Source: Squalus acanthias (lineage: Eukaryota). From it: a DNA stretch of 64,000 nt. Where the stretch lies: assembly GCA_030390025.1 (NCBI GenBank), contig CM059432.1, positions 120,530,001 through 120,594,000 on the forward strand, read 5' to 3'. Numbering within the stretch: position 1 is the first letter of the stretch; every line of letters starts with the position of its first letter. Below the pieces are notes generated by a model. That model was not told where the DNA came from and did no database searches. It worked only from the letters and a program-made list of their open reading frames with translations. This document shows, one piece after another, positions 38,635 to 51,797 of this stretch. Position numbers and translations under genes: made by a program.

Positions 38635-40439
38635 TTTCAAATAAAACTGTTGGACTATAACCTGGTGTTGTGCGACTTCTCATCTGAGGAGGGCTGGAAC
38701 TGAGCCACTTTCTCATCAGGAAGCTGCAAGCCACGACGCTGTGCGATGTTGTGCAGTGCACAGCAGACCATGATCATTCTGGAGACCCTGTATACTGCAG
38801 GGCTCCACCTGATCGGTCAAGGCAACGGAAGCGCATCTTCAACAACCCAATGGTTTGCTCGATGATGGACCTGGTCGAAGTGTGGCGGACGTTGTAGTGC
38901 TCTTCAGCCTCGTTAGCTGGCCTCCTGATCGGTGTCATTAGCCACTTCTTCAGGGGTAGACTTTGTCACCAAGGAGCCATCCGTTAAGTTGGTTTGGCGG
39001 ATTGAAAAGAAGAGGAACACTAGAGTGCCGTAGGATGAAAGAGTCATGGCAACTACCACAGAACTTGGCGCAAACATGCAAGAACTCCCTCTTGTGGTTA
39101 CACACCAGCTGCACGTTGAGGGAGTGGAAGCCCTTTTGGTTGACAAAGATAGCTGGGTTGTGATGGGGTGCCCTAAGGGCAACATGTGTGCAGTCTATGA
39201 TGCCCTGCACCATTGGCATGCTTGCCATATTTGCAAAGCCAACCGAACGGGCGGTTATACTTGCTTGATCCCTTGAGAACTGGATGTAATTGTGGGCCTT
39301 AGCAAAAAGGGCATCGGTAACCTGCGTGATGCAACTGTGGGCAGCCAACTGGGAGATGCTGCTGATGTCTGCTGATGATCCCTGGAAGGAGCCTGAGGCA
39401 AAGAAGTTGAGTGCGGTGGTGACTTTGACAGCCGCTGGTAAGGGGTGTCCACCGTTCCTCTGGGCACCAGGTCTTGCTGCAGCAGCCCGCAGATCTCTCG
39501 GACAACCTCTCGCGAAAGTCTCAGCCCCCTTTGGCACTGCTGCTCACTCATGTTGAGGTAGCTCATCCTCTGTCTGTAAACCCTCTGTCGGGGGTATCTC
39601 CTGCGGCGAGGTGCCTCGATGCGCTGGCATCTTCTGCCCTGTGCAGCATCTGGTGGCTGAGCAGGAGGTTGGGGCTCCTGCTGCTGTTGCTACTGAGTTG
39701 CCTGAGCAGGAGGTTGGGGCTCATGCTGCTGTTGCTCCTGAGCTGCCTGGTTCTGCTGCTGCTGTGGATGCTCCTCATTCAAATCTGAGGTCCATGGAGA
39801 AAGAAAACGAATGGTTCCCATGCTGCTTGCAGATGCCTCCGTTGGGGAAAACTCATTGCAAGCGGGGAGAGGGTCTTCCAAGGAGGTCCCACAGTTGATA
39901 GATTCAAGCTGCAGCACCTCCAACTTCAGAAGGCCTTCTAAAAGTGCTCAAAGACCTTTTAAAGCAAAGTTCTGCCACCTGCAACTAATCCCTGATGAAA
40001 TAAACGATTTAATATTGGACCTGCAGCTGTGAGGAGACCACCCACTAGTCAACCCACCAGGTTTAGCTGGCGTGGTTTAGGAGGGTCGTGGAACACGCCA
40101 AAATGGTCGAAAAATCACAAGGGCCTCTCAAAATAGGCTTAGTGAGGCCCTTAACGAGCGCTCTGACCAGCTGGAGGCAGGACCGTTTCCCGCCCTGCAA
40201 AACCGGCACCGGCAAAATCCCGCGGAGACGGGTTGGAGGCGGGTTCTGAACCCGCCCTCATTGTTTCCGATTTTCCCGCCTCCTCGGACGTCAGAAAATC
40301 ACCCCCTAATTCTCTAATGTGCTCTCCTATTGAGCTAGATTCCGCACCTCCCAGTAGATAGCTTGACTTGTAAAGTGTGCAAGTAATCTATGAGAATATC
40401 CACATACAGTTTAAAGCCCTGGCATTACAGGGCCATTTA

Positions 40440-40664
40440 CAGAGGCGGCAGACCTGGGTGGAGCAACAGCGGCGAGGTGGCGGCGGTAAAAGGCGGCAGC
40501 GACCAGGTAGGCCCACAGAGGCGGCGGACCTGAGTGGAGCAACAGCGGCGAGGCGGCGGCGGTAAAAGGCGGCAGCGACCAGGTAGGCCCACAGAGGCGG
40601 CGGACCTGGGTGGAGCAACAGCGGCGAGGCGGCGGCGGTAAAAGGCGGCAGCGACCAGGTAGGC
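40440..40664 (+). repeat. About 3 x 76-bp GC-rich tandem repeats in a CR1 5' UTR
   Basis: CAGAGGCGG recurs at 40440, 40516 and 40592. Confidence 0.9.
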
Positions 40665-40880
40665 TTTCACCAAGCCGAGAGCAGGAGAGAGGGAAAAAAT
40701 AATCGAAGTGTGACGTCACCAGAAAGCAGGTAAGTGATTGGTTGGTGAGTATTTCTCTTTTTTTTTATACAAAACTTCAATTCCATAGTTTATAGTTTCT
40801 CGGGTATCTGTGGTGTAGCGGAGACTGCTGGCATAAATTAACTGAAGGGTAAATAATACATTTTTAATTAATTACATAGA

Positions 40881-41460
40881 ATGGGAGAGCAGGTGATGTG
40901 TTACTGCTGCAATATGTGGGAGCTGGTGGACACCATTGATGTTCACGGTGAACACATTTGCAGTAAGTGTTGGCTGCTCGAGGAACTCCGGCTCCGTGTT
41001 GATGAGCTGGAGTCCGAGCTTCAAACACTGCGACACATCAGGGAGGGGGAGAGTTACCTGGACTCCGTGTTTCAGGAGGTAGTCACACCAATTAGAGTAA
41101 CTAATTCAGAAGTAGCCCGTGGTCAGGGACAGGAAGGTGTGACTACGAGTGAGGCAGGTACAGGGATCCAGGAGGTAGTGTTGGAGGAGCCGCAGCCCTT
41201 GCTCTTGTCCAACAGGTTCGAGGCTCTTACTCCCTGTGTGGATAGGAGCGGGGACTGCAGGGAGGATGAGCAACCTGGCCACAGCACCGTGGTAAGGGGG
41301 GCCATTCAAGTGGGGGGAGTAAAAAGAAATGTTGTAGTGGTAGGGGATAGTATCATTAGGGGGATAGATAGGGTTCTTTGCAGCCAAGAGCGAGAGTCCC
41401 GAAGGCTGTGTTGCCTGCCAGGGTTAAGGACATCTCCTCTGGGCTGGAGAGAAACTTGGA
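40881..41460 (+). mobile_element. CR1 ORF1 (Zn-finger, coiled coil, start of SGNH esterase), 3' part missing
   Basis: CYCCNMW...HICSKCWLLEELRLRVDELESEL, LSNRFEAL, VVVVGDSIIRG. Confidence 0.88.
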
Positions 41461-42194
41461 GTGAACTCTGCATCTCAATTGTTTTTCACCGTATTATCAA
41501 TCTCTATAATTAAAAGGTTTGCATCTGCAGATTGTTCACAGAATGTTCACAGATCCTCAGGATGTGGAAAAGTGTACAAAGCGATATTCTGTAAGATGCC
41601 AATGCGCAAGGATTTCACAATTAATAAAAGCAAGCAAGAAAAAGGCAAACGCACTCAGTGCCCATCACTATCTCTAAAAAAAAAATCCTAATTCACTGCA
41701 AAGCAACCAATTAAAAACTGCAGCATGAACCAATGGCACAAACCATTAAGATGTTGCCAACACTGGTTACTCAAATTAGACGACCTCCCCTGAGCCGGAT
41801 GTGATTTATTTAATTTTTAGAAAATAGAATGAGATTCCCCTATTTAGGATTTTACTGCAGTGTGATAATGCGATGTGTGCTGTCCACTGTTGACTTGTTA
41901 TATCACCCATTTATGCTCTATAACTTGGAAAGCTGTTTTCAGTTTGTTTATACACTCGTAGTGGTGATCCTATTACTACTTTACAATTACTGGGGAGAGA
42001 GCCCATGCCATCCATAATAGAGTGGTCAACATCCATGGAGAAATGTGAAAGCATGAAATAAAATACTTGCATTTATATAGCGCCTTTCACGACCTCAGGA
42101 CGTTCCAAAGCCTTTTACAGTCAATGCCGTACGCTTGAAGTGCAGGCATTGTTGTAATGTCGGATAACATTATAAAGAATAACATTACTAGTTG

Positions 42195-42520
42195 TTGGAG
42201 ATGCCATCTTTTGGTTGAGAAGTTAAACCGAGGCCCCGTCCATATTCTCAGGTGGACATAAAAGATCCCATGGTAGTATTTGAAGTAGAACAGAGGAGCT
42301 ATCCTGGTGCCCTAGCCAATATTTATCCTCAGCTAACATCTCTAAAACAGATTATCTGGTCAATTATCACATATACGTGTGCGAGGCCTTGTTGTGCACA
42401 AACTGGCTGCTGCATTTCCTATATTACAACAGTGACCAGACCACAGAAGTACTTCATTGGCTGTAAAGCGCTTTGGGATGTCTTAAGGTCGTGAAAGGCG
42501 CTATATAAATGCAAGTTCTT
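42195..42520 (+). mobile_element. DeuSINE-type SINE fragment (with an inverted tail fragment at ~42065-42160)
   Basis: Homologous to 34625-34950. Confidence 0.8.
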
Positions 42521-44300
42521 TCTTTTTCTTATTAATAATCAATTAGCATATTGAAAATCCCAAAATGGAGGCAGTCAGGTCCACCTGAAAACATAAAGTT
42601 TTGTTTCTCATGCTTGTTCCTGCAAACCACGGGGGAGAAGTTGGCTAACCTCCGAAAACAGGCGTGGGGATCGCGGTGCGCGATTAACCCGCACCCGTTC
42701 ATTGCGTTGCAGGCAGCACGGTAAATTCGTGCTGCTGGTTGCTTTACATGATTGCTGCATTCAACCAGCGCGCCCCGCGCTGTTCATTGGCTGCACGCAT
42801 CAGCAGGGGGCCCGATATTGCGAGTGCCTAGCGCTACTTAAAGGCAGACTGAAGCTCTTAAAGGGGGAGTGCAATGTGGCTGCAAGAAGTGGTGGGAGTT
42901 TTTTTCAAAACTGAATCTGGGGTCTGATACATTGAGCAATAGCTGAACATGCGAGAGAGCGTGCACTAAGGTTTTCAGACACTGCACTAGAGGTCTTGGT
43001 GGAAGAGGTGGACAGAAGGAGAGATTTCCTGTATCCACAGGAGAGCAGGAGGCCCTCCAGATAGATGCTCAGGAGCCAGTAGGAAGAGATAGTGACGGAG
43101 GTCAATGCCAGGAGTGTTGCTCTAAGAACATGGATACAGTGCAGGAAAAAGTTTAACGATCTCACACGAGTTATCAAGGTGAGTGAATTCATCTTCAAAT
43201 GGCATTTCCTACCAACTGCACCACTAGCCTCATTCTCTCATCCCACTTCTCTCTCATCCCTCAATCTCTTCTGATTTAGAAGTTGCAGGTGGTGCAATCA
43301 CTCACTTTTTACTTTCTTGTCTCCCCTCACCACAACCCAACCCTTGTCCCTTTGTCATTTCAGATACCCAAGAACTGGAGCCTTCCCAGTCAGTGAAGGA
43401 AGAAGAAGAAGAATGTGAAGATGAAGAGACACCACCACTCGATCTTACACTCGCAGCCATCAGCTCAGATACTGACACTGCATATTAGAAAAGAGGGGAG
43501 ACCTGCACATGGTGAGACACCGAGTACAAGTGCATAGGAGCCAGGGCAGGAGGAAGGGATAGTGCAGGAGCCAGCTCACCAGAGGCTGAGGCCGCACACT
43601 AGTTCTGCTGCAGAGGGCTCAGATGATGACTTCAATGGGCCAGGCTACAGAAGAAGACTGATGGGTGTACACACCCAAATGCTTGGTACACTGGAAAGCC
43701 TGCCAGAAAGCCTGCACTCAATGTCAAGGAAACAGGGAGGAATTCAGCACCAACTTGGCACAGGGCTTTGCGCAGAGCTTGGAGTCCATCCTTTCCAGCA
43801 TGGAATGGGTGGCCACCTCCATCAGCACACCTGTGGAACCCCCACCATGATGCAGCGTCTAATGGCTGATGTCACAGCTTCCATTGCAGCATAAGTAGCC
43901 TCAATCAAAGGTCTGAGTGCTGCAGTGGAAGCTCAGACTTTTGCCATTCTTGACTCTGGATACCAGTGTTCAAAGGGGCTTCCAGACCATCACAGCAGTC
44001 CATCAATCAGTTCAACAGATCAGTAGGATAGCTGAGGCGCCGCCCCAGGAGAGTTGGCTGTGTCTCCATGGAGCACGAACCTGCTTTCCTCTCTCAGGAT
44101 GACAGCATTCCTGCTCCCACCCCTGCCACTCGGCCAGTGTCCTTGCTGTTGCCAGTTGTTCAGCCAGCCCAGACTGCTGCCACCCAGGCCGAGATGGTGC
44201 AGTCTGAAGCCGGGCCTTCTCGGCCCAAAGCTGCTCGAGGTCATCCTCCAAGGCCATCTGCAGTCTCCCCAATTAAAGGTCAGCAGCCTTCCACCAGCCA

Positions 44301-47300
44301 TAGAAACATAGAAACATAGAAGATAGGAGCAGGAGTAGGCCATTCGGCCCCTCGAGCCTGCTCCCATTCGATGAGATCATGGCTGATCATCCAAACTCAG
44401 TACCCTGTACCTGCCTTCTCCCCATATCCCTTGATACCTTTAGTTTTAAGAAATATATCTAACTCATTCTTGAATATATTTAATGACTTGGCCTCAACTA
44501 CCTTCTGTGGTAGAGAATTTCACAGGTTCACCACTCTCTGGGTGAAGAAATTCTTCCTAATTTCTGTCCTAAATGGCTTACCCCTTATCCTTAGATTATG
44601 ACCCCTGGTTTGGACTCTCCGACCATCGGGAACATCCTTCCTGCATCTAGTTTGTCCAGACCTGTCAGAATTTTATATGTTTCGATGCGATCCCCTCTCA
44701 TTCTTCTATACTCCAGCGAGTATAAGCCCAATCGACCCAATCTCTCCTCATATGTCATTCCTGCCATCCCAGGTATCAGCCTTGTGAATCTTCGCTGAAC
44801 TCCTTCCATGGCAAGAACATCCTTCCTCAGATAAGGCGACCAAAACTGCACACAGTACTCAAGGTGTGGTCTCACCAAGGCCCTGTACAACTGTAGCAGG
44901 ACATCCCTGTTCCTATACTCAGACCCTTTCGCTATGAAGGCCAACATACCATTTGCCTTCTTCACCGCCTGCTGCACCTGCATGCTTACCTTCAGCGACT
45001 GGTGCACAAGGACACCCAGGTCTCGTTGCACTTCCCCTTCTCCCAATCTATTGCCATTCAGATAATAGTCTGCCTTTCTGTTTTTGACACCAAAGTGGAT
45101 AACCTCGCATTTATCCACATTATATTGCATCTGCCACGCTTCTGCCCACTCACCCAACCTGTCCGAATCATCCTGGAGTTTCTCGGTATCCTCCTCGCAG
45201 CACACACGCCCACCCAGCTTTGTGTCATCTGCAAACTTGGAGATATTACATTTAGTTCCCTTATCTAGATCATTAATGTATATTGTGAATAGCTGGGGTC
45301 CAAGGACCGAACCGTGCGGTACACCACTAGTCACTGCCTGCCACTCGGAAAAAGACCCATTAATTCCTACTCTCTGCTTTCTGTCCGCCAACCAGTTCTC
45401 TATCCAAGTCAATACCTTGCCCCCAATCCCATGTGCCTTAACTTTACACGCTAATCTCTTATGCGGGACCTTATCGAAAGCCTTTTGAAAGTCCAAATAC
45501 ATCACATCCACTGGTTCTCCCTTATCTATTTTCCCAGTTACATCCTCAAAAAATTCCAGTAGATTAGCCAAGCACGATTTACCTTTTGTAAATCCATGTT
45601 GACTTTGTCCGATCCTGTCACTGTTTTTCAAGTGCTCAGCTATTACATCCTTTATAATGGACTCTAGCATTTTCCCCACTACTCAAGTCAGGCTTACCGG
45701 TCTGTAATTCCCCGCTTTCTCTCTACCACCCTTTTTGCATAGTGGGGTAACATTAGCTACCCTCCAATCCATGGGTACAGTTCCAGATTCCATCGAATGT
45801 TGGAAGATGATCAGCAATGCATCTACTATTTCTAGGGCCACTTCCTTAAGTACCCTAGGATGTAGATTATCAGGCCCTGGGGATTTATTGGCCTTCAATC
45901 CCGTCAATTTCACTAACACCATTTCCCTGCAAATACTGATTTCTTTCAGTTCCTCCCTTTCATCAGACCCTATGTTCTTCAACATCTCTGGGAGGTTATT
46001 TGTGTCCTCCTTTGTGAAGACAGAACCAAAATATGCATTTAATTGGTCTGCCATTTCTTTGTTCCCCATTATAACTTCCCCCGCTTCTGACTGCAAGGGA
46101 CCTACACTTGATTTCACTAATCTTTTTCTCTTCACATATCTATAAAAGCTCTTACAGTCAGTTTTTATGTTCCCTGCAAGCTTACTTTCATATTCTATTT
46201 TCCCCTTCTTAATTAATCCCTTTGTCCTCCTTTGTTGAATCCTAAACTGCTCCCAATCCTCAGGGTTACCGCTTTTTCTGGCCAATTTATATGCCCTCTC
46301 CTTGGATCTTATGCTATCCCTAATTTCCCTTGTTAGCCACGGTTGAGTCACCCTTTTTGTTTTATTCTTATGCCACACTGGGATGAACAAATTCTGTAGT
46401 TCATCCATGCAGTCTTTGAATGTTTGCCATTGCCGATCCACTGTCAACCCTTTGAGTGACATTCCCCAATCAATCCTACCCAATTCGCGCCTCATACCAT
46501 CGTAGTTTATTTTATTTAAATTCAGGACCCGAGTCTCTGATTCAACTACTTCACTCTCCATCCTAATGAAGAATTCTATCATATTATGATCACTCTGACC
46601 CAAGGGGCCTCGTACAACAAGATTGCTAATTAATCCTTTCTCGTTACATAATACCCAGTCTAAGATGGCCTGATCTCTGGTTGGTTCCTCGACATATTGT
46701 TCCAGAAAACCATCCCGTAAACATTCCAGGAATTCCTCCTCCACAGTATTTTTACTAATTTGGTTAGCCCAATCTATATGTAAATTAAAGTCAGCCATGA
46801 TGACTGCTGTGCCCTTACTGCATGCTTCTCTAATTTCCCTTTTAATGCCATCCCCAACCTCCGTATTACTGTTTGGAGGTCTATATACCACTCCCACTAA
46901 CGTTTTCTGCTCCTTGTTATCTCTCAGTTCTACCCATACAGATTCCGCATCATCAGAGCTAATATCCTTCCTTTGAATTGTGTTAATCTCCTCTTTAATC
47001 AGCAATGCTACCCCACCGCCCTTTCTTTTTTGCCTATCTTTCCTAAATATTGAATACCCCTGGATGTTGAGTTCCCAGCCTTGGCCACCCTGGAGCCATG
47101 TTTCTGTAATCCCAATCAAATCGTATTCATTTACCTCTATTTGTGGAGCTAATTCATCCACCTTGTTCCGAATGCTCCTTGCATTAAGACACAAAGCCTT
47201 CAGGCTTGTTTTTTTAACACTCTCAGACCTATATGAGTTATCATTTACTGTGACCATGTTTGATTTAAACCGTTGAGTTCTTTGCCTTCTACTTATGTTT

Positions 47301-47620
47301 TTCTCCTTCCTGTCTTTTGCTTTTATCCTTGTTTCCCTTTCCTCTGTCTCCCTGCTCAGGTTCCCAACCCCCTGCCACTTTAGTTTACACCCTCCCCAAC
47401 AGCACTCGCAAACACTCCCCCTAGGACATCGGTCCCGGCCCTGCCCAGGTGCAGACCGTCTCGTTTATACTGGTCCCACCTCCCCCAGAACCGGTTCCAA
47501 TGTCCAAGGAATTTGAATCCCTCCCCCTTGCACCATTCCTCTAGCCACGTATTCTTTTGAAATATCCTCCTATTTCTACTCTGACTAGCACGTGGCACTG
47601 TTAGCAATCCTGAGATTACT
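44301..47620 (-). mobile_element. CR1 LINE with near-complete ORF2 (APE endonuclease plus RT, frameshift at ~45680) and 3' end of ORF1
   Basis: CLNARSIRNK, GITETWL, NYRPVSLT, YLDFQKAFDKVPH, FADDTK; (TTTCTATG)n tail; TSD ACCAGCCA/ACTAGCCA. Confidence 0.95.
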
Positions 47621-47899
47621 AACTAGCCAAGCTGAAGCCACTGAGGAAGCACCTCGTAGGAGCACTAGGAGAGGCAAAGGCACACGGAAGACAGGCACTA
47701 AGGGAATGCACAAGGGTGATTAGTTTATTTTTGTTTGCATTATGTCATGATTGAATTTATAAATTTGGATTGGAATTCGCAATAATCTGGTGGTTTTAAT
47801 TTTTGTGTTGTCGGAGAGAGGACGATGTGATGGTCAGTGATAGACGAAAGGTAAGGAGTGTGGGACTGTTGGTGAATGTGGAGGTGTAGTTGAGGTTAC

Positions 47900-49012
47900 T
47901 GGTATCGCTCATAATTATTTGATCATGTAGAGGCCATACAGAAAGCGGCTGTCTATGTTGTAGCCTCCCTTCCACTTCCTGTTGCACTTCCTCCTCCTCC
48001 ACTTCCTCCTCCTCCTCCTCCTCCTCTTCCTCCTCTTCCTTGTGCCCCTGCTCCTCAGCTTCCTGCCTGATAGGTGGTGGCAAGGGCTGTTCCCTCATAA
48101 TGGCAAGTTTGTGCAGCATGCAGCATACTACCACAAACCTTGATACCCGCTTAGCTGATTACAGCAGGGCTCCTCCAGAGCAGTCCAGGCCAGTAGAAGC
48201 GTTGCTTGAGGACACCGATGGTGTGCTCTATAATGTTCCTTGTGGCAGCATGGCTTTCATTGTAGGCCTGCTGTGTACGTGTGCGTGGGTTCTGGACCGG
48301 AGTCATGAGCCATGTCATGAGCGGATAACCCTTGTCACCCAGTAGCCAGCCTTGGACTTGCCATTGTGCATTAAATACAGGTGGCACAGAGGACTGCCAC
48401 AGAATGAAGGATTCATGACTACTGCCAGGATAACGGGCATTCACCTGCATGATGCGCTGCCTGTGTTCACACCCCAACTGTGCTTTGAGGGAGTGGAATC
48501 CCTTTCGCAAAATGGCAGTGTGCACATGAGGCACACGCAAGGCAATGTGCGTGCAGTCAATGGCTCCCTGCACCATGGGGAAGCCTGTAATCCATGCAAA
48601 CCCTTGTGCTCACTTCGCCAGCTTTTCTCTGGCAAGAGGGAATGAGATAAAGCTGTCTCTCTTCGTATAAAGAGCCTCAGTGACCTCCCTTATGCAGCAC
48701 TGTACTGCAAACTATGAGATGTTCCTTATAGCTCCAGCAGCAGCCTGCCTTGACAGCCTCAGGGAATGCGGTCCTTGCCCTGATTTGAGATTGCAGTTGT
48801 GGCTGAAGCAGTTAGCAGATGTCAGTCACGACCTCATAGTGAAGTGAAGACGTCTCAAGCATTGCTACTCGCTGAAGTTGAGGTAAGAGAATGGCACCCT
48901 AAAGACCTTCTCACCACATGGCCTCCTGCTGAGAGCCCTTCTTCCCCTCCTCCTCCGCCTTCTTCTACAAGCTTGTCCTGCTCTACGTGGCCTCTCTTCA
49001 TTCTCCGAGCCA
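47900..49012 (-). pseudogene. Harbinger transposase pseudogene
   Basis: GAIDCTHIAL, WLLGDKGY, RNIIEHTIGVLKQRF, VVCCMLH and an acidic tail; frameshifted. Confidence 0.9.
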
Positions 49013-50156
49013 TGCTCAATTCCACGAGGAAGGCTTACCAGGTCACCTATGTCTGGAAGCAACTTGTTTCAGCTCAAGCTTTTAAATGAACAAAAAAGTA
49101 CTTCAGCACCAGCCAGACCACTCCTGGTACACTATTGAAACTTTAGGCAAGTATAGGAAAGTTCCAAAAATGCACACAATTGCAACAACAGCTGGAAGAA
49201 AGAATCCAGTAACTAACATTTAAATAATTCATGATCCCTTTAGGTAGTACTGGTGAGGGGTCCTTCATGCCTATTAACATCATGTTCAGCTGTGCGAGGT
49301 TAAGACAAGGTGTAGGCTGGAGTGTGGCATTCAAAAATGGCAGTGCTGGCATTGTAAGATTCTGAAAAGTGTAATAAAACCGCTGCTACCGTGTGGACAT
49401 CGAATGGTGAACAAATTGTAAGATGATAACGGACGGATTTAAAATGTAGGAAATCAGCATGTGTTCTTTGTTTGTGAAGACACAAAATGGTGGTCAGTAT
49501 GTGTTCTTTGTTTGAGAGGTCACATGGACAAGAAGGGAGAACATGATTGACAAGGAAGTCCCGCCCTCATACATCTCACAGGAACAGGAATGTGTCATGC
49601 GGAAGGAACTCCAATCAGGGAAGGCTTGAAGTGGAACTGACCTATCCAAGGGAGGCAGAGAGTAATTTACAATCAACGAGGCCTTATAACCCAGTGGCGG
49701 GAGTTTTCAGAGTTTTAGAAGAACACAGAAGACAGAGCAGGAGGAAGATTGAAATGAGAAAGCTGGCCAGTCTATGTTTCGACTTACAATTTCCCTTGAC
49801 TGATCACCGAGAAATGAAGGAGTATGTATGAAAGTCAGACATAAGATTAGATGTTGTTAAAGGGGGTATTTTATGTACGTTTGAATTGTTAAGGGGGTAC
49901 TTTTATGTAAGTTTGAATTAAAAAGTTGCAGGCATATTTATTGCTGAGAGTTCTTTGAATTTATTGCCAAAGGTTCTTCTATGCACACTCAAATTTTGAA
50001 CTATAGTATGAATAAGACCAATGTTATTGATCACATCCTTGTCTGTCATTGTTAAGCTAATTCGTAATTCTTGAGGTCCAAACAGTAGTAAGAGAATGTC
50101 TTACATAAATTGGCGACCACAAAGGGACCTTGAGGGGAAAAAGCATTTTTATAACA

Positions 50157-51797
50157 ATGCCGGACAAGAAAGTGAGAAGTATGGAGGATTCGGTGGCAAA
50201 ATATATTAGTTCAAAATTTGATAAGGATAAACCATGGGTTAGAGATATTGTGCAGAACGATGACCCTGTACAAAAAGCAAAGGAATGGACGGAAGGTCCA
50301 TTTGGAAAGGTGCCATGGTATAAAGCGGTATGGCTGTTAGCCTATCACAGACAATTAGTTCAAAATAAGAAAGAGATTGAGCAACTGAAACAAAAGGCGA
50401 GCGACAGGGAAGTGGTGGTGATCCATTTGCTAAAAGAGTTAGAGGAATTAAAAGAACAAAGACAAGCTGAGAAAGTGAAAGGGGAAAGTAACATAGAATA
50501 CTTGCAATGTCAGGTGACGGAGTATTGGCGGAGAGCTGATGAATGGGAGAAAGAAAGTCATAAGCAACATCGGCAGGTAGCCTCGGCTGAGGAAGAGTTA
50601 AGCAGTGTAAAAACAACATTTAAGGTGTTGCAGCAACAAAAAGCAGGAGGAGCTGATCACACTAAATGCCGAAAGGAAATTGAGTGATTGAAAGCTTGTT
50701 TATCGCTAGAGAAGGGGATAATATGCTTAATGACCCCAGAGGAAAGGGATATCGAGGGGGAAGGAAAGTGGTCTGATGATGGGCCACAATACGGGGAATT
50801 GAGACCCCCGCCAGAAGTACCGGACCCTCCGGTCTCACCGCCAATGAATCCTATGAGGCAGCAGAAATTTGGTCCCCCTGCAGGAGCACAGAATAGAGGG
50901 GCGTTACAGAGTGATTATACCATACCGTATAACACCACACAATTGAAAGAAATGGTGGGTGATTTAGGGAAACTAAAAATGGGAGATGACCCTACAATTA
51001 TGTTTTAGGAAGTAGCAGCTGCGGCCGCGATAAATGAATGTGATGAACCAGAACACTTTAAGATGTTACTATTTACGCTGTCAATATCGGTCTTAAGTGG
51101 CTTACCAGCTGCCACAAAAAGGGGTGCAGGAACATTGCAGGAAGTTAAAGATCAAATCACGATAGCACTAGGGTATGGATCAGGTAATCCATTCGAACAG
51201 GTGGGCAAAACTAATCAAAGACCCGGGGAGAGCCCTGAAAGTTATGCAGAAAGGTTGTGGCCGGTATATAACACGGCCTGTGGAGGGATACTTGTTAGAG
51301 CTAACCTTGCAGCAGGGCCCCTGAATCATTGGCTGCGAGCATTAATAGCCAATAGCCCGCCACATATTAGAGCAGTGACAGAAGCATGGTATGACCCGCA
51401 AGGCGACCAGACTGAGGTACAGACCTTGCGGAAAATGATCCTAGCTTTTGAAAGAGAAAGACAGGAAGAAGTAGAGGGGGGCCTAATTAAGTCGAGACAA
51501 AAGGATAAGGTGTGTGAGACAAGGGGATGGAAACAGGAAGGAGATTACCCCCCCCCTAAGGAGGATAAGCGATGCTTTAATTGTGGAGGAAAGGAACATT
51601 TTATTAGAGACTGGAGAAGACCGAGGAAAGATAGAAATGAAGAACCGATTACAAGGCCCACTGCGCCTACAGAGCAGACAAAGGCAACTGTAACTGATCA
51701 GGCGGTGCTGGCCTTAGTGGAAGCCCTGAAACAACTAGGGGTCACTGGGAAGGTGGATGCTGCAAAAGGAAGCGATACACCACTAAGATCACAATGA
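50157..51797 (+). pseudogene. gag: Gag-like gene with two premature in-frame stops
   Basis: Three ORFs in one frame (50130-50687, 50688-51008, 51063-51797); coiled coil, Pro-rich segment, QRPGESPESYAERL, degenerate CCHC knuckle CFNCGGKEHFIRDW. Confidence 0.8.

Larger units (their letters stand above)
37561..38683. mobile_element. Penelope-like terminal-repeat insertion in head-to-head inverted arrangement (90-bp arms, 2-nt spacer); left arm interrupted by a Harbinger MITE
   Basis: 37606-37639 plus 38536-38591 is the exact reverse complement of 38594-38683. Flanking direct repeat CTCATCTGAGGAG (37548-37560 and 38679-38691). Same repeat follows the GIY-YIG remnant at 58.6 kb. Confidence 0.88.
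36711..40306. mobile_element. Degenerate Harbinger element with Myb exon-1 remnant (+, ~36978-37160) and transposase pseudogene (-, ~37400-39800)
   Basis: TIRs GGGGGCGATTTTC / [29 protein letters not shown] and WLLGDK motifs; ARASPRLLDEALQMLFEGV...VW. Confidence 0.9.

Noticed and set aside
49547..49831. 94-aa ORF duplicated at 60409-60693
   Set aside because: It lies within the two LTRs, has a non-ATG start and no recognisable motif; LTR identity explains the duplication.
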